Origin: the human T2T-CHM13v2.0 reference genome, Homo sapiens | NCBI RefSeq assembly: GCF_009914755.1 | Contig: NC_060933.1 | Direction: 5' to 3' (one strand) | Length of the DNA: 64,000 bases | Shown: one piece after another, positions 15,816 through 31,229 of the stretch | Numbering within the stretch: the first letter of the stretch is position 1 | How the letters are laid out: each line of letters starts with the position of its first letter | The notes under the pieces: generated by a model | The model's database searches: none | What the model saw: only the letters and a program-made list of their open reading frames with translations | What the model was told of the DNA's origin: nothing | Program-made: the position numbers and the translations under genes

Positions 15816-18533
15816 CTGCGAGCTGGGCCTGGCCGCCCTGCGGGAGCCATGGCGGCCTCGGAGGCGGTGGCGGCGGCGGGGTCCACGGCTCTGGCGGCGG
15901 GTGCCCGCGCCGTCCCGGCGGCCACGAGAGGAGCCTCCGCCGCCGCCTCGGGCCCGTGGGTGCCCCCGGGACCCCGACTGAGGGGCAGCCGGCCGCGGCC
16001 CGCGGGGGTGACGCAGCAGCCCGCGGCCTCCGTGCTGGCGGGGGAGCTGATCCAGCAGTAGGTGAGCGAGCTGTCCCAGACCACATGGCCCAACATCCTG
16101 TGCACCGTGCGCGGCTGCCGCAAGATCCTGCCCAACAGCCCCGCGCTCAACATGCACCTGGTCAAGAGCCACCGCATGCAGTATAGCACAGTCAATCCAA
16201 TAATAAGAAAAGATTTGAAAACTGTACCGAAATTCTACTGTTGTCCAATCGAAGGCTGCCCCAGAGGCCCTGACAGACCATTTTCTCAGTTTTCTCTCGT
16301 AAAACAGCACTTTATGAAAATCCATGCTGAGAAGAAGCACAAATGTAGCAAGTGCAGCAATTCGTACGGTACAGAATGGGACCTGAAAAGACTTGCAGAG
16401 GACTGTGGCAAGACCTTCCGGTGCACATGCGGCTGTCCCTACGCCAGTAGAAAAGCATTGCAGTCTCACATCTACCGAACTGGCCACGAGATCCCTGCAG
16501 AACACAGGGACCCACCTAGTAAGAAAAGGAAAATGGAAAACTGTGCAAAACCAGAAGTTATCCAACAAGACCACTGAATCATTTAACAACCAACCAATCC
16601 CTAGACCAGACACCCAAGAACTAGAAGCTTCAGAAATAAAGCTAGAACCATCTTTTGAAGACTCTTGTGGCTCTAACACTGACAAGCAGACTCTTTCTTA
16701 CAACATCACCGAGATAGCCTCAAAAGTTGCTTTTACCAAAGCCCAAAGTGGCTTTGCTTAAACTACCCGTGATGCAGTTTTCTCTCATGCCTGTCTTTGT
16801 GCCTACAGCCGACTCCTCAGCCCAGCCTGTGGTGTTAGGTGTTGATCAGGGCTCTGCCACAGGGGCTGTGCACTTACTGCCTGCCCTTGTCAGTAGGAAC
16901 CCTGATCCTCGGCCTAGATTCAGAGGCTTGCTCTCTTAAAGAGAGCCTACTTCTTTTCTAAATTGCTGATCCTGTTGCTGTTGAGCCAATAAGTACTGGT
17001 GTTCAAGTGAACTTGGGTAAAAGTCCATCTAATACTTTACAAGAACTAGGGAACACATGTCAGAAGAACGGCATTTCTTCAATCAACGTGCAGACAGATC
17101 TGTCTTATGCCTCACAAAACTTTATACCTTCTGCACAGTGGGCCACCGCTGATTCCTCTGTGTCGTCTTGTTCTCAAACTGATTTGTTGTTTGATTCTCA
17201 AGTGTCTCTTCCCATTAGTGTTCACACTCAGACATTTTTGCCCAGCTCTAAGGTAACTTCATCTATAGCTGCTCAGACTGATGCATTTATGGACACCTGT
17301 TTCCAGTCGGGTGGGGTCTCCTGAGAAACTCAAACCAGTGGGATACAAAGTCCAACGGATGACCATGTACAGATGGACCAAGCTGGAATGTGCAGAGACA
17401 TTTTTGAGTGTTCATTCATCATATAATGTTGCTACAAGTAACATTATAAGCAACAGTTTAGTAGCAGAGATAGTAACTCATAGTTTGTTACCTCAGAATG
17501 AGCCTAAGACTTTAAATCAAGAGATTGAGAAATGTGCACCAATTATAAACTTCAGTGCACAGAACAGTATGCTTCCTTCACAGAACATGACAGATAATCA
17601 GACCCAAACCATAGATTTATTAAGTGATTTGGAAAACATCTTGTCAAGTAATCTGCCTGCTCAGACATTGGATCATCATAGTCTTTTGTCTAACACAAAT
17701 CCTGGACCTGACACCCAGCTCCCATCTGGCCCAGCCCAGAACCCTGGAATCAATTTTGATATTGAAGAGTTCTTTTCGGCCTCACATATCCAGACTCAAA
17801 CTGAAGAGAGTGAACTTAGCACCATGAACACTGAGCCAGTCTTGGAGTCACTGGACACAGAGACTCAAACGGACTTCTTACTCGCAGATACCTCTGCTCA
17901 GTCCTATGGGTGTAGGGGAAATTCTAACTTCTTAGGCCTTGAGATGTTTGACAGACAAACACAGACAGACTTAAACTTTTTCTTAGACAGTAGCCCTCAT
18001 CTGCCTCTGGGAAGTATTCTGAAACACTCCAGCTTTTCCATGAGTACTGATTCATCTGACACAGAGACACAAACTGAAGGAATCTCCACTGTTAAAGATA
18101 TACCTGCTCTAGAAAGCAAAGTTCAGTTGAACAGTATAGAAACACAGACCATGAGTTCTGGGTTTGAAACCCTGGGGAGCTTGTTCTTCACCAACAACGA
18201 AACTCAAACAACAATGGACGACTTTCTTCTGGCTGATATGGCCTGGAACATGATGGAGTCTCAGTTCAGCTCTGTAGAAACCCAGACTTCTGCGGAACCA
18301 CACACAGTCTCCAACTTCTAAAACTAACAGTGGAGTCCATGTGTGAGACGGCATCTACCATTTCCTCTGGATTAAAACTACGGACGGGGGACAACAGTAT
18401 TAATTCGATTGAATGTGGCTGATGATGCAGTTGCTTAGCTTCTTTGCAGTTCTTTGCCTTTTGTACTTGTAAACAGAAATTTGTGTATAAATGTGAGTGT
18501 ATTATAAAGTTTGAGATGTTGATCTAAAAAAAA
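15816..18533 (+). pseudogene. Processed (retro)pseudogene of ATMIN/ASCIZ
   Basis: ATG 15849 MAASEAVAAAGS..., C2H2 zinc fingers (LCTVRGCRKILPNSPALNMHLVKSH...), TQT-repeat tail ending ...EPHTVSNF* at 18321. Intronless, A-tail 18526-18534, TSD AGAAAAATCAACACAA (15800-15815 / 18534-18549). Disabled by stops (16059, 16959, 17322) and frameshifts (~16545, ~16695, ~16880, ~17405). Confidence 0.96.
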
Positions 18534-21459
18534 AGAAAAATCAACACAAAATGGGCTAAATGTAATACCTGAAATTATGAAACTACTAGAAGAAAACATA
18601 GAGAAAATGCTTCATAATACTGGTCTTCTGGGCAAAGATTTTTTGGATAAGACCACAAAAGCAATAAAAGCAAAAACAGACAAATGGAATTACATCAAAC
18701 TAAAAATCCATCAAACTAAAAATGTCTTCACAGCAAAGAAAATAACAGCGTGAAGAGACAACCTACAGAATGGGAGAAAATATTTGCAAACTATGCATCT
18801 GAGAAGGTGTTAATATCCAGAATATATTATATAAGGAACTCAAACAGCTCAATACCAAAACAAAACAAAAAACAAAACAAAACAAAACAAAGCAAAACAA
18901 AACAAAGCAAAACAAAAAAACCTGATCTTTTAAATGGTCAAAGGGACCTGAACCAACTTTTCTTCAAAGAAGACAAACAAATGGCTAGCAGTTATTTGAA
19001 ACAATGCTCAACATCAGTAATCATCAGGGAAATACACATCAAAACCACAATAAGAGAGGATCATCTGAGGCCAGAGTTTGAGACCAGCCTAGGCAACAGA
19101 GCAAAACCCCATCTGTACAAAATAAAAAATTAGCCAGGCAGGATGGCGCATGCCTGTAGTCCTGGCTACTTAGGAGGCTACAGCAGGAGGATCTCTTGAG
19201 CCCCGGAGGTTGAGGCTACAGTGAGCTATGATCACGCCACTCATTCCAGCCTGGGCAACACAGTGAGACCCTGTATCAATTAAAAAAAAAAAAAAAAAGA
19301 GTACAATGGCTGTTGCCAGGGGCTGGCAGGAGGGGAAATTGAGAGGTGATAGTTAAAGGTACAAAGTTTCAGTCCTAAAAGAGAAGTAAATTTTGGAGAT
19401 CTACTATATTGCATAGTGCCCATGGCTAACAATATTATGCTGTATAGTAAAAATGTACTAAAAGAGTAGAGCTTATATTAAGTGTTCTTACCATACACAA
19501 AAAAATAATAACAAAACAGGCAGGGGGAACTTTGGGAGGTGATGGGTATGTTTACAGTTTTGATGGTGGTGATAACTTCATGGGTATATACTTATCCACA
19601 AACTCATTGAGTTCTATAGATTAAATATGTACAACTTTTTATATATCAATCATATCTCAATAAAGTGATTTTAAAAATCAAAACAAACCTTTTACATCTG
19701 AAAATATCAAGGATCTACTGCACAATATATTAAAACCTCTCTATCACACTCCAATTTAAAATGACTAAGGATCATGACCTAGACACACTAATTAAATGTA
19801 ACAAGAGGTTTCATTGCCTGAAAAATAGAAAAGTAGTAAAGAGACAGATCCTCAAATGTCATGTCTTTGGATGACAAGGAAAACTTTGAAGAAATAGGTG
19901 GAAAAACTCAACAGATCTGAAAATAAATGTTGTCTTTAAAAATAATTATGTGGTTTTTATTTTAAAAAATTTATTGATATGTTCCCACACCAAATCCACA
20001 GAGCTTTGTTAGGCTTTTTTTTTTAATCTAAGGGTAATTAATTTGAATTTTCCAACAGGGTTTCAGTAAAGCATAAATGAGGAAATTACATATATCTAAT
20101 GGATTAGAATATTTCAAGTGTATGGATTTCGATATGAAGACAGAAAGTGGAGAAAAGGCAGGTAAGGTGTATTCAGTTAGCCAAACAAACACAGTCATGT
20201 GTTGGGACAATATTGGGCTGGCTTTACACCTAGAGTATACACCAAAATAAAGAACATCAAACATGAACACTGACATTCACACTCAAGATAGTCACAACTG
20301 GATTGAAGCGGGCTAGCTCTCATCTACAGAATACCTTTGATATGTCTAAAAATTTTCAAAATTGTAATGAAGTTCAAAGGCAACTCATGGCTTTTATATA
20401 TTTAGGAATGGAGAAATGTCTCAGGACTCTGGTCAATCCTCTTGAAGAAACTCTTAAAATCTCTTTCATTTCAAACAATAACATTAGTCATAGTCACTGA
20501 ACTTAAAATACAAACTAAAACTGCAGAGTGAGAAGTGTTACATAGTACAGCAGACTAAGTGGAGCACTTAACCCAGATTTGGGGTGTTGAGGAAAGTTTC
20601 CAGAAAAAGAGACCTGACACTGAGAACTGAACCATATGTGGGGGCTCACCAGGGGAACAGCAGACTGAGGCAAGAGGGACTTTCAGCAAAGTGTAGACTA
20701 ACAATACAAAAGGCAATTGTTTAGAATCCTGCCCAAATCAGGGATGCCTCCTTTCTCTAGGCATCTACACTGACTTATAATAATGGAGATAAACATTTTA
20801 GGGCATCTAGAGATAGAGGCCAGCCAAAGGAATACACTACTCGTGCTTTTATATTTTGATCTCACCATTTTTTATCCCTCTGCTGGTGACTGGCCCACCT
20901 ACATAGCATCTTCCCTCCCTCTCTCCGTCCCTCTCTTCCTTCCTTTCCCAAGGTTTTCAGGAAACCCGCTTTCTTAGAAGGAGATACAGATGCCCACAAC
21001 TTCTGTTGGCATGTCTGGGCAACTGCTTCCAAATGAATGCTGACTCTTGTTACCTCTTCTGGAGAGAAAGGAAAGGCTGTGGTGGTATCTAATTACCTCC
21101 ATTACTTTATTTGTGTAAGATTCATCAGACAGGCTCTCTACTTTGTAATAAAAACATTAAAACAACACCAAGCATAACTTCTACAAAAGGATTTCTCAAA
21201 AGAACCTGACAACTATTACATGTTTTCTCTCTTTGTAGAAATATGTATAATGTATTTTTTGGAAGAGGGGCACACAGATCTGAGTGTGGTTTACTAATGG
21301 ACAAAATGTCACAATAAAATTTCTCGCTTCTCACAAGAAAGGAAAGCATCATGATATGTTAAGTGTGAGGGGGACTTCTGGCTATAAAAGTACATTTTAC
21401 CAAGACTGTCACCCTGCTCAAGCAAGTAGTAGATGGATTTAAAAGGACTTTACAAAACA

Positions 21460-22070
21460 GAGTAAGGACTCTGGACTTTATTCTAAGAGCAAAGGTAAGT
21501 CACTGGAGGATTTTTAGCATTAAAGTGATATACTCAGATTTCTGTTTCAGAAAAATCACACAAGCAATATAGAAAATGGACCACCAGGGGAGACAAGATC
21601 ATACTGTAAGATGGAAGACCATCTTACAGTAACTGAGGCCTAGTCTAGTCACATGAAGGAATAGAGAAAAGCACCCAGATAAGAGATGCTTATCAGGGAG
21701 AACACATAGTATTTAGTATTTAGATCAGACATAGTAAAAAAAAGGAATAGAGAGGAGGTAAAGATGTTGCTTAGGTTTCTGATTAGAGAACTAGATGTGT
21801 TATGCCACCATACACTGAAAGGGGCAACAAAGGAGTAGGAACATACTTGGATAAAAAGATAGGCTCAGCTTAGGGCATGGTGAGTACAAGAGACCTGGGG
21901 CATCTAAATGAAGAGGTCCAATAGGCAGTGGGTATGTGAGGAAGAGGTTAGGAAACAGGCCTGAGCTGAAGACATAGATGTAGAAACATCAACAGAGAGA
22001 CAGTAACTAAAGCTATGGAAATGGATGAGATAACCCAGGGAGGATGAGAAAAGGTCTGGGCCAAGGACAA
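21460..22070 (-). mobile_element. L2 fragment
   Basis: GGACTTTATTCTAAGAGCAAAGG..TAGGCAGTGGGTAT..GAAATGGATGAGATAACCCAGGGAG. Confidence 0.55.
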
Positions 22071-23037
22071 TAGAGATATGGGAGCAAAGGATGGCTCAGC
22101 TGGCCTGTGAACATTCAATTGAAGAAAACGTCTTGTACCCAGGGAGAAGTAGCATGAGTTCTGCTGAGATCAATTAGCAGACCTGTAGCCCACCCATTCT
22201 GTTCTTAGCTGTCACTTCCAGGTTTAGTCTGCCATCTTCACAAAGACTACAGCCATCCAAAATAAATAAAAGCAGTCAAAACCAACTGGCAAAATCATTG
22301 TTCTAGTTTTATTTAGTAGATTTGAAGCGGATACCATCTGTGCAGCCAAGTAATATACAAATACAAGAAATCAATCTTGTACCACAAACGCAATCCAAAA
22401 GCCATATCAGGACAGCACAGACATACAGTAACATCAGACAGAATTTCAAAGTGCTATAAAACACAATGATTCTACTTTTTGGTTGCAGGCTTTAAAAATA
22501 CTACGGTATATATGGTTTTAAGATCCTAAATTGCAGTCATGTTCTTAAGCTAGTTTGTTTTTCTATTTAAGTGTTGACAGACAAAAAATACAGTTTTAGT
22601 CTAACACACCATTTACCTTACTTTTAACTTTATTTGAGCCTTAAGGGTACTCTTGCAAAGCAACAAAAATGTGCAGAACCGAGGTCAATTAATAACTAGT
22701 TTTGAAAATCTACTGAACTTTTAACTGCACAATATCAAAATCCCTATAATTTGTAATGAGCAATAAGAAAACTTGAAATTTTTCCAGCTTTGTCTAGGAT
22801 TTCCTCAAAGATGAAGAACATATTATTTTAAGAAACTGTATGTGGTTCCTCTGTATGTCACATATATAGTTCTTTACTAACAGTGACTCTATTGCTAGAT
22901 ACCCACATGTAGACTACATTTTAGTAAAAAGGTTCCAAATTCAGTACTGAAACCGTTATCCACATCTAACCGCCTTCTTGGAGCAAAACCTTGTTTTCTA
23001 AGCCCCAGAATAGGTTTTATCCCTTAGTCAATACTTA

Positions 23038-23424
<387 letters not shown>

Positions 23425-23877
23425 TCATCTCCTCAAAGTCTGTCCATTTCTATCCATCATTGACTGGCAATGTATGTGTCATGGATGTCACACTTTTTAC
23501 TATCAGAACTCCCAGAAGTAGGGACTTTATCAGTCATTTCTTTGTAAGGGTCTACACACAAAAGCCACTTGATATTAGCGGCCAGCCAATTCTATGGTCT
23601 CCCAAATATAGGGAATAAAAAAGGAAATAAGTTCCTTAATATCTTGTTTTATATTTGAAATTCAGCAAGTATCGTATTTACCCCCACCTTCCTCACCTCA
23701 GCCTTCTATCTCCATCCACTGAAAAACTGGATCATGAAATTTAAGCAGAAGGGAAATCTGGTAATGGTAAGATTAAGAAAAGGGAAGAAGTCTGAAGAAT
23801 CCAAAATATGGAGGAGAAAATAAGAAAGAATGATCCAAGTAAAAGACTAAAAGGAAAATTTAAGCCAAAAATAATAA

Positions 23878-24144
<267 letters not shown>

Positions 24145-24683
24145 TAGTAGAGACGGAGTTTCTCTTGCTCAAGTTGATCCCTAAACCACAAATGACAGGA
24201 CAACTGACAATTTTAAAATCCCAGTCCAGGGATATGTGGTTATCCCACCCTGGTACTTGTTACACCAAATATTACTGCTGACTTGGGGTGCTCCCACGTC
24301 AGAATGAGAGGACCACCATCATTTACACTAGCTGCCAAGAGACACATCAGCGACTGGGGGCTGGAAAGAGAGCCAGTGGCAAAGATAACTCCGCAGCAGG
24401 CCAAGGGCTGCACAAAATAAGTCTGGTATTGAGGTTAAAATTAAACGAAATGAAAGAGAAATAAGACAGGGGAGGATGAGAAGAACAAATACAGCATGAG
24501 AGTGGGCTCTTTCTATGTAGAAGGAAGGCAAACATCTGCAATTATTTGGTGGTGAGTGCCACCAAATTTAAGACTTTGTTCCTCGCTTGCAATTATTTCT
24601 CGGTTAAGACCACACAAAGAAAAAAAGAGACCTAAAGGCTAAAATGATGAAAAGTGGCTAAAGTCAGTATAACAATAACCATC

Positions 24684-24686
<3 letters not shown>

Positions 24687-24719
<33 letters not shown>
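24687..24719. repeat. (CA)n microsatellite
   Basis: About 16 perfect units. Confidence 0.95.
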
Positions 24720-24723
<4 letters not shown>

Positions 24724-24949
24724 TGTTAAAGTAACAGAGGAGTTAACAGTGCATGAAGAATATTCCTGACTGACTCAGAAAGATGTTCATCATAAATTCT
24801 TAAGTCAAATAAGGAAGCTGCAGAAAAATATTTATAATATCATAACATTTTTGTACAAAATATTTATATGTGTAAGTACAGGAAGTCTTCAAAAATAAGT
24901 GCTGGTGCTATGAGGGATTTGTTGGGGTTTTTTGTTTTTTTTGGTTCTG

Positions 24950-25220
24950 GGTTTTTTTTAGACAAGGTCTTGTTCTGTCGCCCAGGCTGGAGTGCAGTGG
25001 CATGACTGATTTAGGCTCACTGCAGCCTCAACCTCCTCCAAGCGATCCTCCCACCTCAGCCTCCCTAGTAGCTGGGACCACAGGCATGCACCACCATGCC
25101 CAGCTAATTCTTTTTTTCTAGAGCTGAGGTCTCACTATGTTGCCCAGGCTGGTCTCAAACTCCTGGACTCAAGTGATCCAAAGTGCTGGGATTACAGGCG
25201 TGAGTTGCCATGCCCTGCCT
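24950..25220 (-). mobile_element. AluJ
   Basis: Reverse Alu with internal deletions. Confidence 0.8.
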
Positions 25221-25308
25221 GGGATTTGTTGTTGTTGCATTTTTTCCCTGTGTTTTTCAATTTAATTGAAATAAAAATAACAACAGTTCTTTAAAATAAA
25301 AGAAAAAA

Positions 25309-25657
<349 letters not shown>

Positions 25658-26584
25658 TTACCCTGAATTAAACATGTTTAATTTAATGAATTTGTAAACA
25701 ATCCCTTTAATGCAGAGCCCAGCTTTAGGAGAGCTGCTCCCACGTGGTGGACAGAAGGGGCCACTGGCCAACCCTAGTTGCATTCTGGTAGAAAGAAACA
25801 CAAGTTTTAAAGAAAAACGGAAAGGTCTGAACCCGGCGTCACTATTCACTAGTTCATTCAGTGAGCCAGGGCAAATGATGTGAAATTTCTGAGTGCCAAC
25901 CTCGCTTCTCTTTGGGAGTGAAACAGAACCTACCTCAAAGGGCTGTTTTGAGGATTCTTGAGAACAGTTCCCACCTATGAAGACACAGCCTGGTGGGTTA
26001 GATTCCAGGAAATTCAGTGATCCTTCTGACCAAAATTATACTTTTTGTCATCTCAGGAAATAATCTGTTCCGAGAAATTCCAGAATGTAGGCCGCTTTCA
26101 GTGACCTGCCTTTAGCCTGTGAATCCTCAGACTCACCAGTGCTCAGTAGAGCAGTGGGGTTCTGACAGTTCCTTCTAAAGCACTTGTGCCTACCTCTTCC
26201 GGGAGAGCACAGCAACATTCAGCACAGCAAACCAGAGCAGCACGGCTCAGATATGAAGGCCTGCTTCCTGCAATTCTCTGTCCTACAAACATATCAGAAA
26301 GCCCAGTAGGGGTAAAAAACAGCTCTTCTAAGGGCCATACTGCAGAAGCATGGCCAAATGAATAGCATGATCACTGCAGACGCAGTTATAGACTCAGTAT
26401 GCATATGACACTTTGGCAGAGTTTGCACTATAATGGCTGTTTACTTCTTAGTGTTGTTTTAAAACCTTGAAGATGTCCACTACAAATTCTAGTATTCCTA
26501 AGTATGTCTTGAACCTAAAAAAGTTCAGACCCACTGGACAAGAAAAAAAAGAGAGAGGGAGAGGTGTAAGGCAAGTATCTAGAA

Positions 26585-26797
26585 TACGGTTGTACAGCCA
26601 GACTTTCTGCAAGGATGGAAAGGTTCTGGCTCTATCTGTCCATCCAATACTGCAGGCGCCAGCTGCATGTGGCTTCTGAACGCATGCAATATGGCTAATG
26701 AATCTGAGGAAGTGAATTTTGAATTTTATTTAATTTTAATTAATGTAAATTTATATAATTAAACGTACCTATTGACTATGGCATTGGTCAGCACAGA
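26585..26797. mobile_element. MER3 hAT-Charlie MITE
   Basis: ACTTTCTGCAAGGATGGAAAGGTTCT..CATGTGGCT..TGAATTTTGAATTTTATTTAATTTTAATTAA; TCTAGAA on both flanks. Confidence 0.65.
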
Positions 26798-26979
26798 TCT
26801 AGAACCTTGGGTTAATGACTTGTGCTAACTCACAAAGGGTGATATGCAGATGAGTGAGCTAAGTTCAAAAAGGGACCAGTCAAAAAGGAGAACACACGCG
26901 CACCAGCATCATGTTAATATTCTCTTGCAACGCATGCAGTTCACCTTTATGAAGCTGAGGTCCTAGCTTGACCTCAACC

Positions 26980-27352
26980 TGTCTTCGTCAGTTTAGGCTG
27001 CCATAACAAAATATCACATACATGGTGGCTTAAATAACAGAAATGTATTTTCTCACAATTCTGGAGGCTGTAAAGTCCACAATCAAGGCCTATTAGGTCC
27101 TGTTGAGAGCCCTCTTCCTGGCTTGTATGTAGGCAGCCACCTGTGTCCTCACATGACCTCTTCTTTGTGCTCATATGGGGAGAGATCTCTCTCTCTACCT
27201 CTTCTTCTAAGGCCACCAATCCTACCAGATTAGGACCCCACCGGTATGACTTCCTAAAGGCTCCATCTCCAAATACAGTCCCATTGGGGGTTACAGCTTC
27301 AGCTTCAACTTATGAATGGGGGAGGGGTGGACACAATTCAGCCCATAACACA
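26980..27352 (-). mobile_element. MLT1A-type MaLR solo LTR
   Basis: GGCTGCCATAACAAAATA..GGCTTAAATAACAGAAATGTATTTTCTCACAATTCTGGAGGCT..ACACAATTCAGCCCATAACA. Confidence 0.8.
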
Positions 27353-27976
27353 ACCCTCTACTCTTCCTTAATTAGCTTTCTTGTAATGAGTTCCAATATG
27401 GAAGGGAAGAGATAATCACCAAAAATATTCTCAGAACGAAAAGACAGGAGTTTCCAGATTGAAAGGGCTGACCAAGTGCCCAAGAAAATGGATGAGAAGA
27501 GATCCACACCAGGCACATCATCATGAAATTGTAAAAACACAGGAAGGTAGAAGGAAATTAAACAATGCCTCACAATTCTAAAGGAAAATAATTTCCAACC
27601 TGGAATTCTTATCTAGACAAACTATCAATCAAATGTGACTAGAATAACTTCACATTCAACAGGCAGTGACTAGAAATAATTCATCTCCCACACATTCTGC
27701 TTTAGGAAGATACTAGAACATCTGCTTCACATCAAGAGGAGGGAGAAAACAAAGAAAGAAAATAAAGTAAACAGAAGACCCAATATCAAGAAAGGAGAGA
27801 AGGATGAATGACAGTGAAGGAAAATTCCAGGGCGACTGCAAAAAAGTTTTCAAACAGGAAAGGGAGGGGTTCTTTGTACCTGCCCAGATTTTCTTCTCAA
27901 AATATAACATTTTTAAAAACACCAAAAGAATTCAAAGAAACCTCCACAACCTCTTTAATTTTTTTTAAAAAAAAGG

Positions 27977-28346
<370 letters not shown>

Positions 28347-30379
28347 TTATGCTGATGGAAATAGCCAAAGTTCCTCTGAAAAAGGTATCACCATATCAAC
28401 TATGTGCTTCCACAGTTACCAACTTCAGATTACAATATGGTACTTGACAATGCTTGGCTTCAATTCTCCTTATTAGAAAATTAACAGAATTTCAAAAGCA
28501 AGTTTAAACAAGAGAAATTCAACTGTTTTCTTTTGATAAATGCTGCCTCTCTAATAGAGCACTGAGGATCGCTTACAAACAGTCACTTAATTGCTCTATT
28601 ATCCAATTTAGAGGTTTCCCCAAAAGTCCAACAAAAAAAAATTCAGTAAAGGCAAATGGAATTTAATGCAATTACCAATAAACAAGCAAAGAAAACAAAA
28701 TCACCCCACACATACAGCCATGCACAAAGAATTAGGCCAAAGCCCAGTTATTCAGCACTTCCAGTGGACCCCTGCATGCTCTTAAATTTGGCAAACATCA
28801 TAGAAGACTTAATTGGAAATCAGAGCACAGAAAGAAACTTTAGAAATGACTATATGGCCAAAATGATACCTCACCAGATGTCCCACTAAGTGGAAACTAA
28901 GAAGAAAAAAACAGATTAAGACTGGTACAGGTTTTGAATGCTTGTCCTACCTTGTCTAGATGAAAGACAGGACCACAAAAAAATGTGCTTCAAATCACTT
29001 TAGAATAAAATTCCTTCCCTAAATGCAGCATTCTAAAATCTCACACTAATACAATCCTTAAACAGCAACTATTTTTAGCATCCTTTTATTTTTTAATTGA
29101 ACAATGCAACTGAGTTCCATTAACAGTTAATTCTTCCCAACTTTAATTCTAACAAACTCATTTAAGTTAAATGACCATCAAGAATAAAAGACTTATACTG
29201 TATTTTTGCATTCCTACAATTCAAAGGCAACAGGATCAAATGTTTTCAGGCTGTGAAAAGACACGCCATACTTCAGGTTAAAAGTATATTTTATTCCAAA
29301 ATTAGGAGTGAAAATAAAGCTTGAAAAGAAATGACTTCTCAGCCTTGAATTTGGTGGCATTAATATTAATGACAATCCCACTCATCTCAAAGGCATTTCC
29401 TAGAGTGTTTATGTTATGAAAACTGGGTCTGGAATGTCATCTTCAGTAAATTTGAAATTGTTTAACCTGAGGTTTTGCTAGATTTGTAACAGCTGCACTG
29501 ATGTTTACAACTGTAATAAGGTCTTTACAGCATGGCACTCCTTTACACATTTTTTAGATCTGGTTGGTACAAACATGTTGTACTGATCAACAAAAATGAG
29601 TTTGGTATCTCTCTATACCTACAAGTTTAGTCAGAATAAAGTTTTGTTTTGGATTAACATTGTACAATAAATGCATCAAGGACCTTCAGAAGTTTTATGG
29701 TATTGGTTACAGAAGAACAGGACAAAAACTTCCATTCATATACAAACATTTGGAAAATGACTCAGTTTGTGTTTGTGAAATTTGAATTTTGTTTGGGGAA
29801 AAGACATGCGTATCAAATACACTGTGGATCTAATTTGTTTGCTGGCATTCATTGAGGGTTTCAGGGCACATTACCAAGCAGAAACTGGTTGGGCAGTATT
29901 CAAAGATTACATTTCTCCTAATGCCCCTATTTACACAGTAGAAAGATGCAACCGAAAGCCTGCGAAAGACTTGCTTAACAATGCTTCCATAGGAAGCTTC
30001 AGCCACCCTTGGACGTCGAACTACTGGTGCAACAAAAAGAGCACCAGACAGGAGTTAGTTTCCCTGGGTAACAGCCAACAACCCTGCCATTAAACTCAGT
30101 TTCCTTCTCTCTAAACATTTCAAAGAGAAGTTATTATTTAAGGCAAATGTTTTCTGCTAAAATCAGTTGGGTTTGGGTAACCAGAAATACCCGGCTCTTT
30201 TGATTATTGAAAAGGTTATCATCTCATAACAATTAAGACACATTTAAAAGCTGTACACACACAATCAACCCAAGAAGTTCATCAGTAGCTATCCTCCTTT
30301 GGGCAATCTCTTGGGAATTCCTTAATTATGAGCCAAAGTAATTTTTTTGAAAAGTCTCCATTCTATTTTTCTTTTCTAA

Positions 30380-30719
<340 letters not shown>

Positions 30720-31229
30720 TAGCACATATGGTTATTGTGAGAATCCCATATAATCTATATGGAAATAATTTGGAAAGTACAAAGCACTTTTAATAGGGCT
30801 ATTGCCCAAAGTAATGTTAGAAATAAATTAAGAAATCAAAAGAAGTAGTTAACAAAAAAAAACCATGCTTATAAAACCAACGTATTTGTATAAAATCAAC
30901 AGAACAAAAAGCTCTGATTTATAAAGGGTATACAGTATCTTACTGCTCAAGAATAATAATAACCTTTTCTACAGATATGAAACTTAGAAGTCACCAGAGA
31001 ACCCTGATTAGTGCAGTAATTTCTCCAATAAGTATGACAAATTTGTTCTGATCTGTCCATTTTTTTCTAAGTGTTAGTTTAACAACTGAATGCATTTCAG
31101 AATTATTCAAAACTTAAATTACTTTAGACAAAGGTCATAAATTCAAAGTCCACAACAGATAAGTTAAATGAGTAAAGCAATTAGACAGGCTTGTGGTGAA
31201 AAACAGCAACTGTCCAAAGAAGATAGCCA

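Noticed and set aside
15807-16685. 292-aa minus-strand ORF
   Set aside because: Antisense shadow of the GC-rich pseudogene CDS; no recognisable protein.
15849-18321. Functional ATMIN gene
   Set aside because: Intronless, with A-tail and TSD, multiple stops and frameshifts, and a zinc-ligand His replaced (LKRLAEDC).
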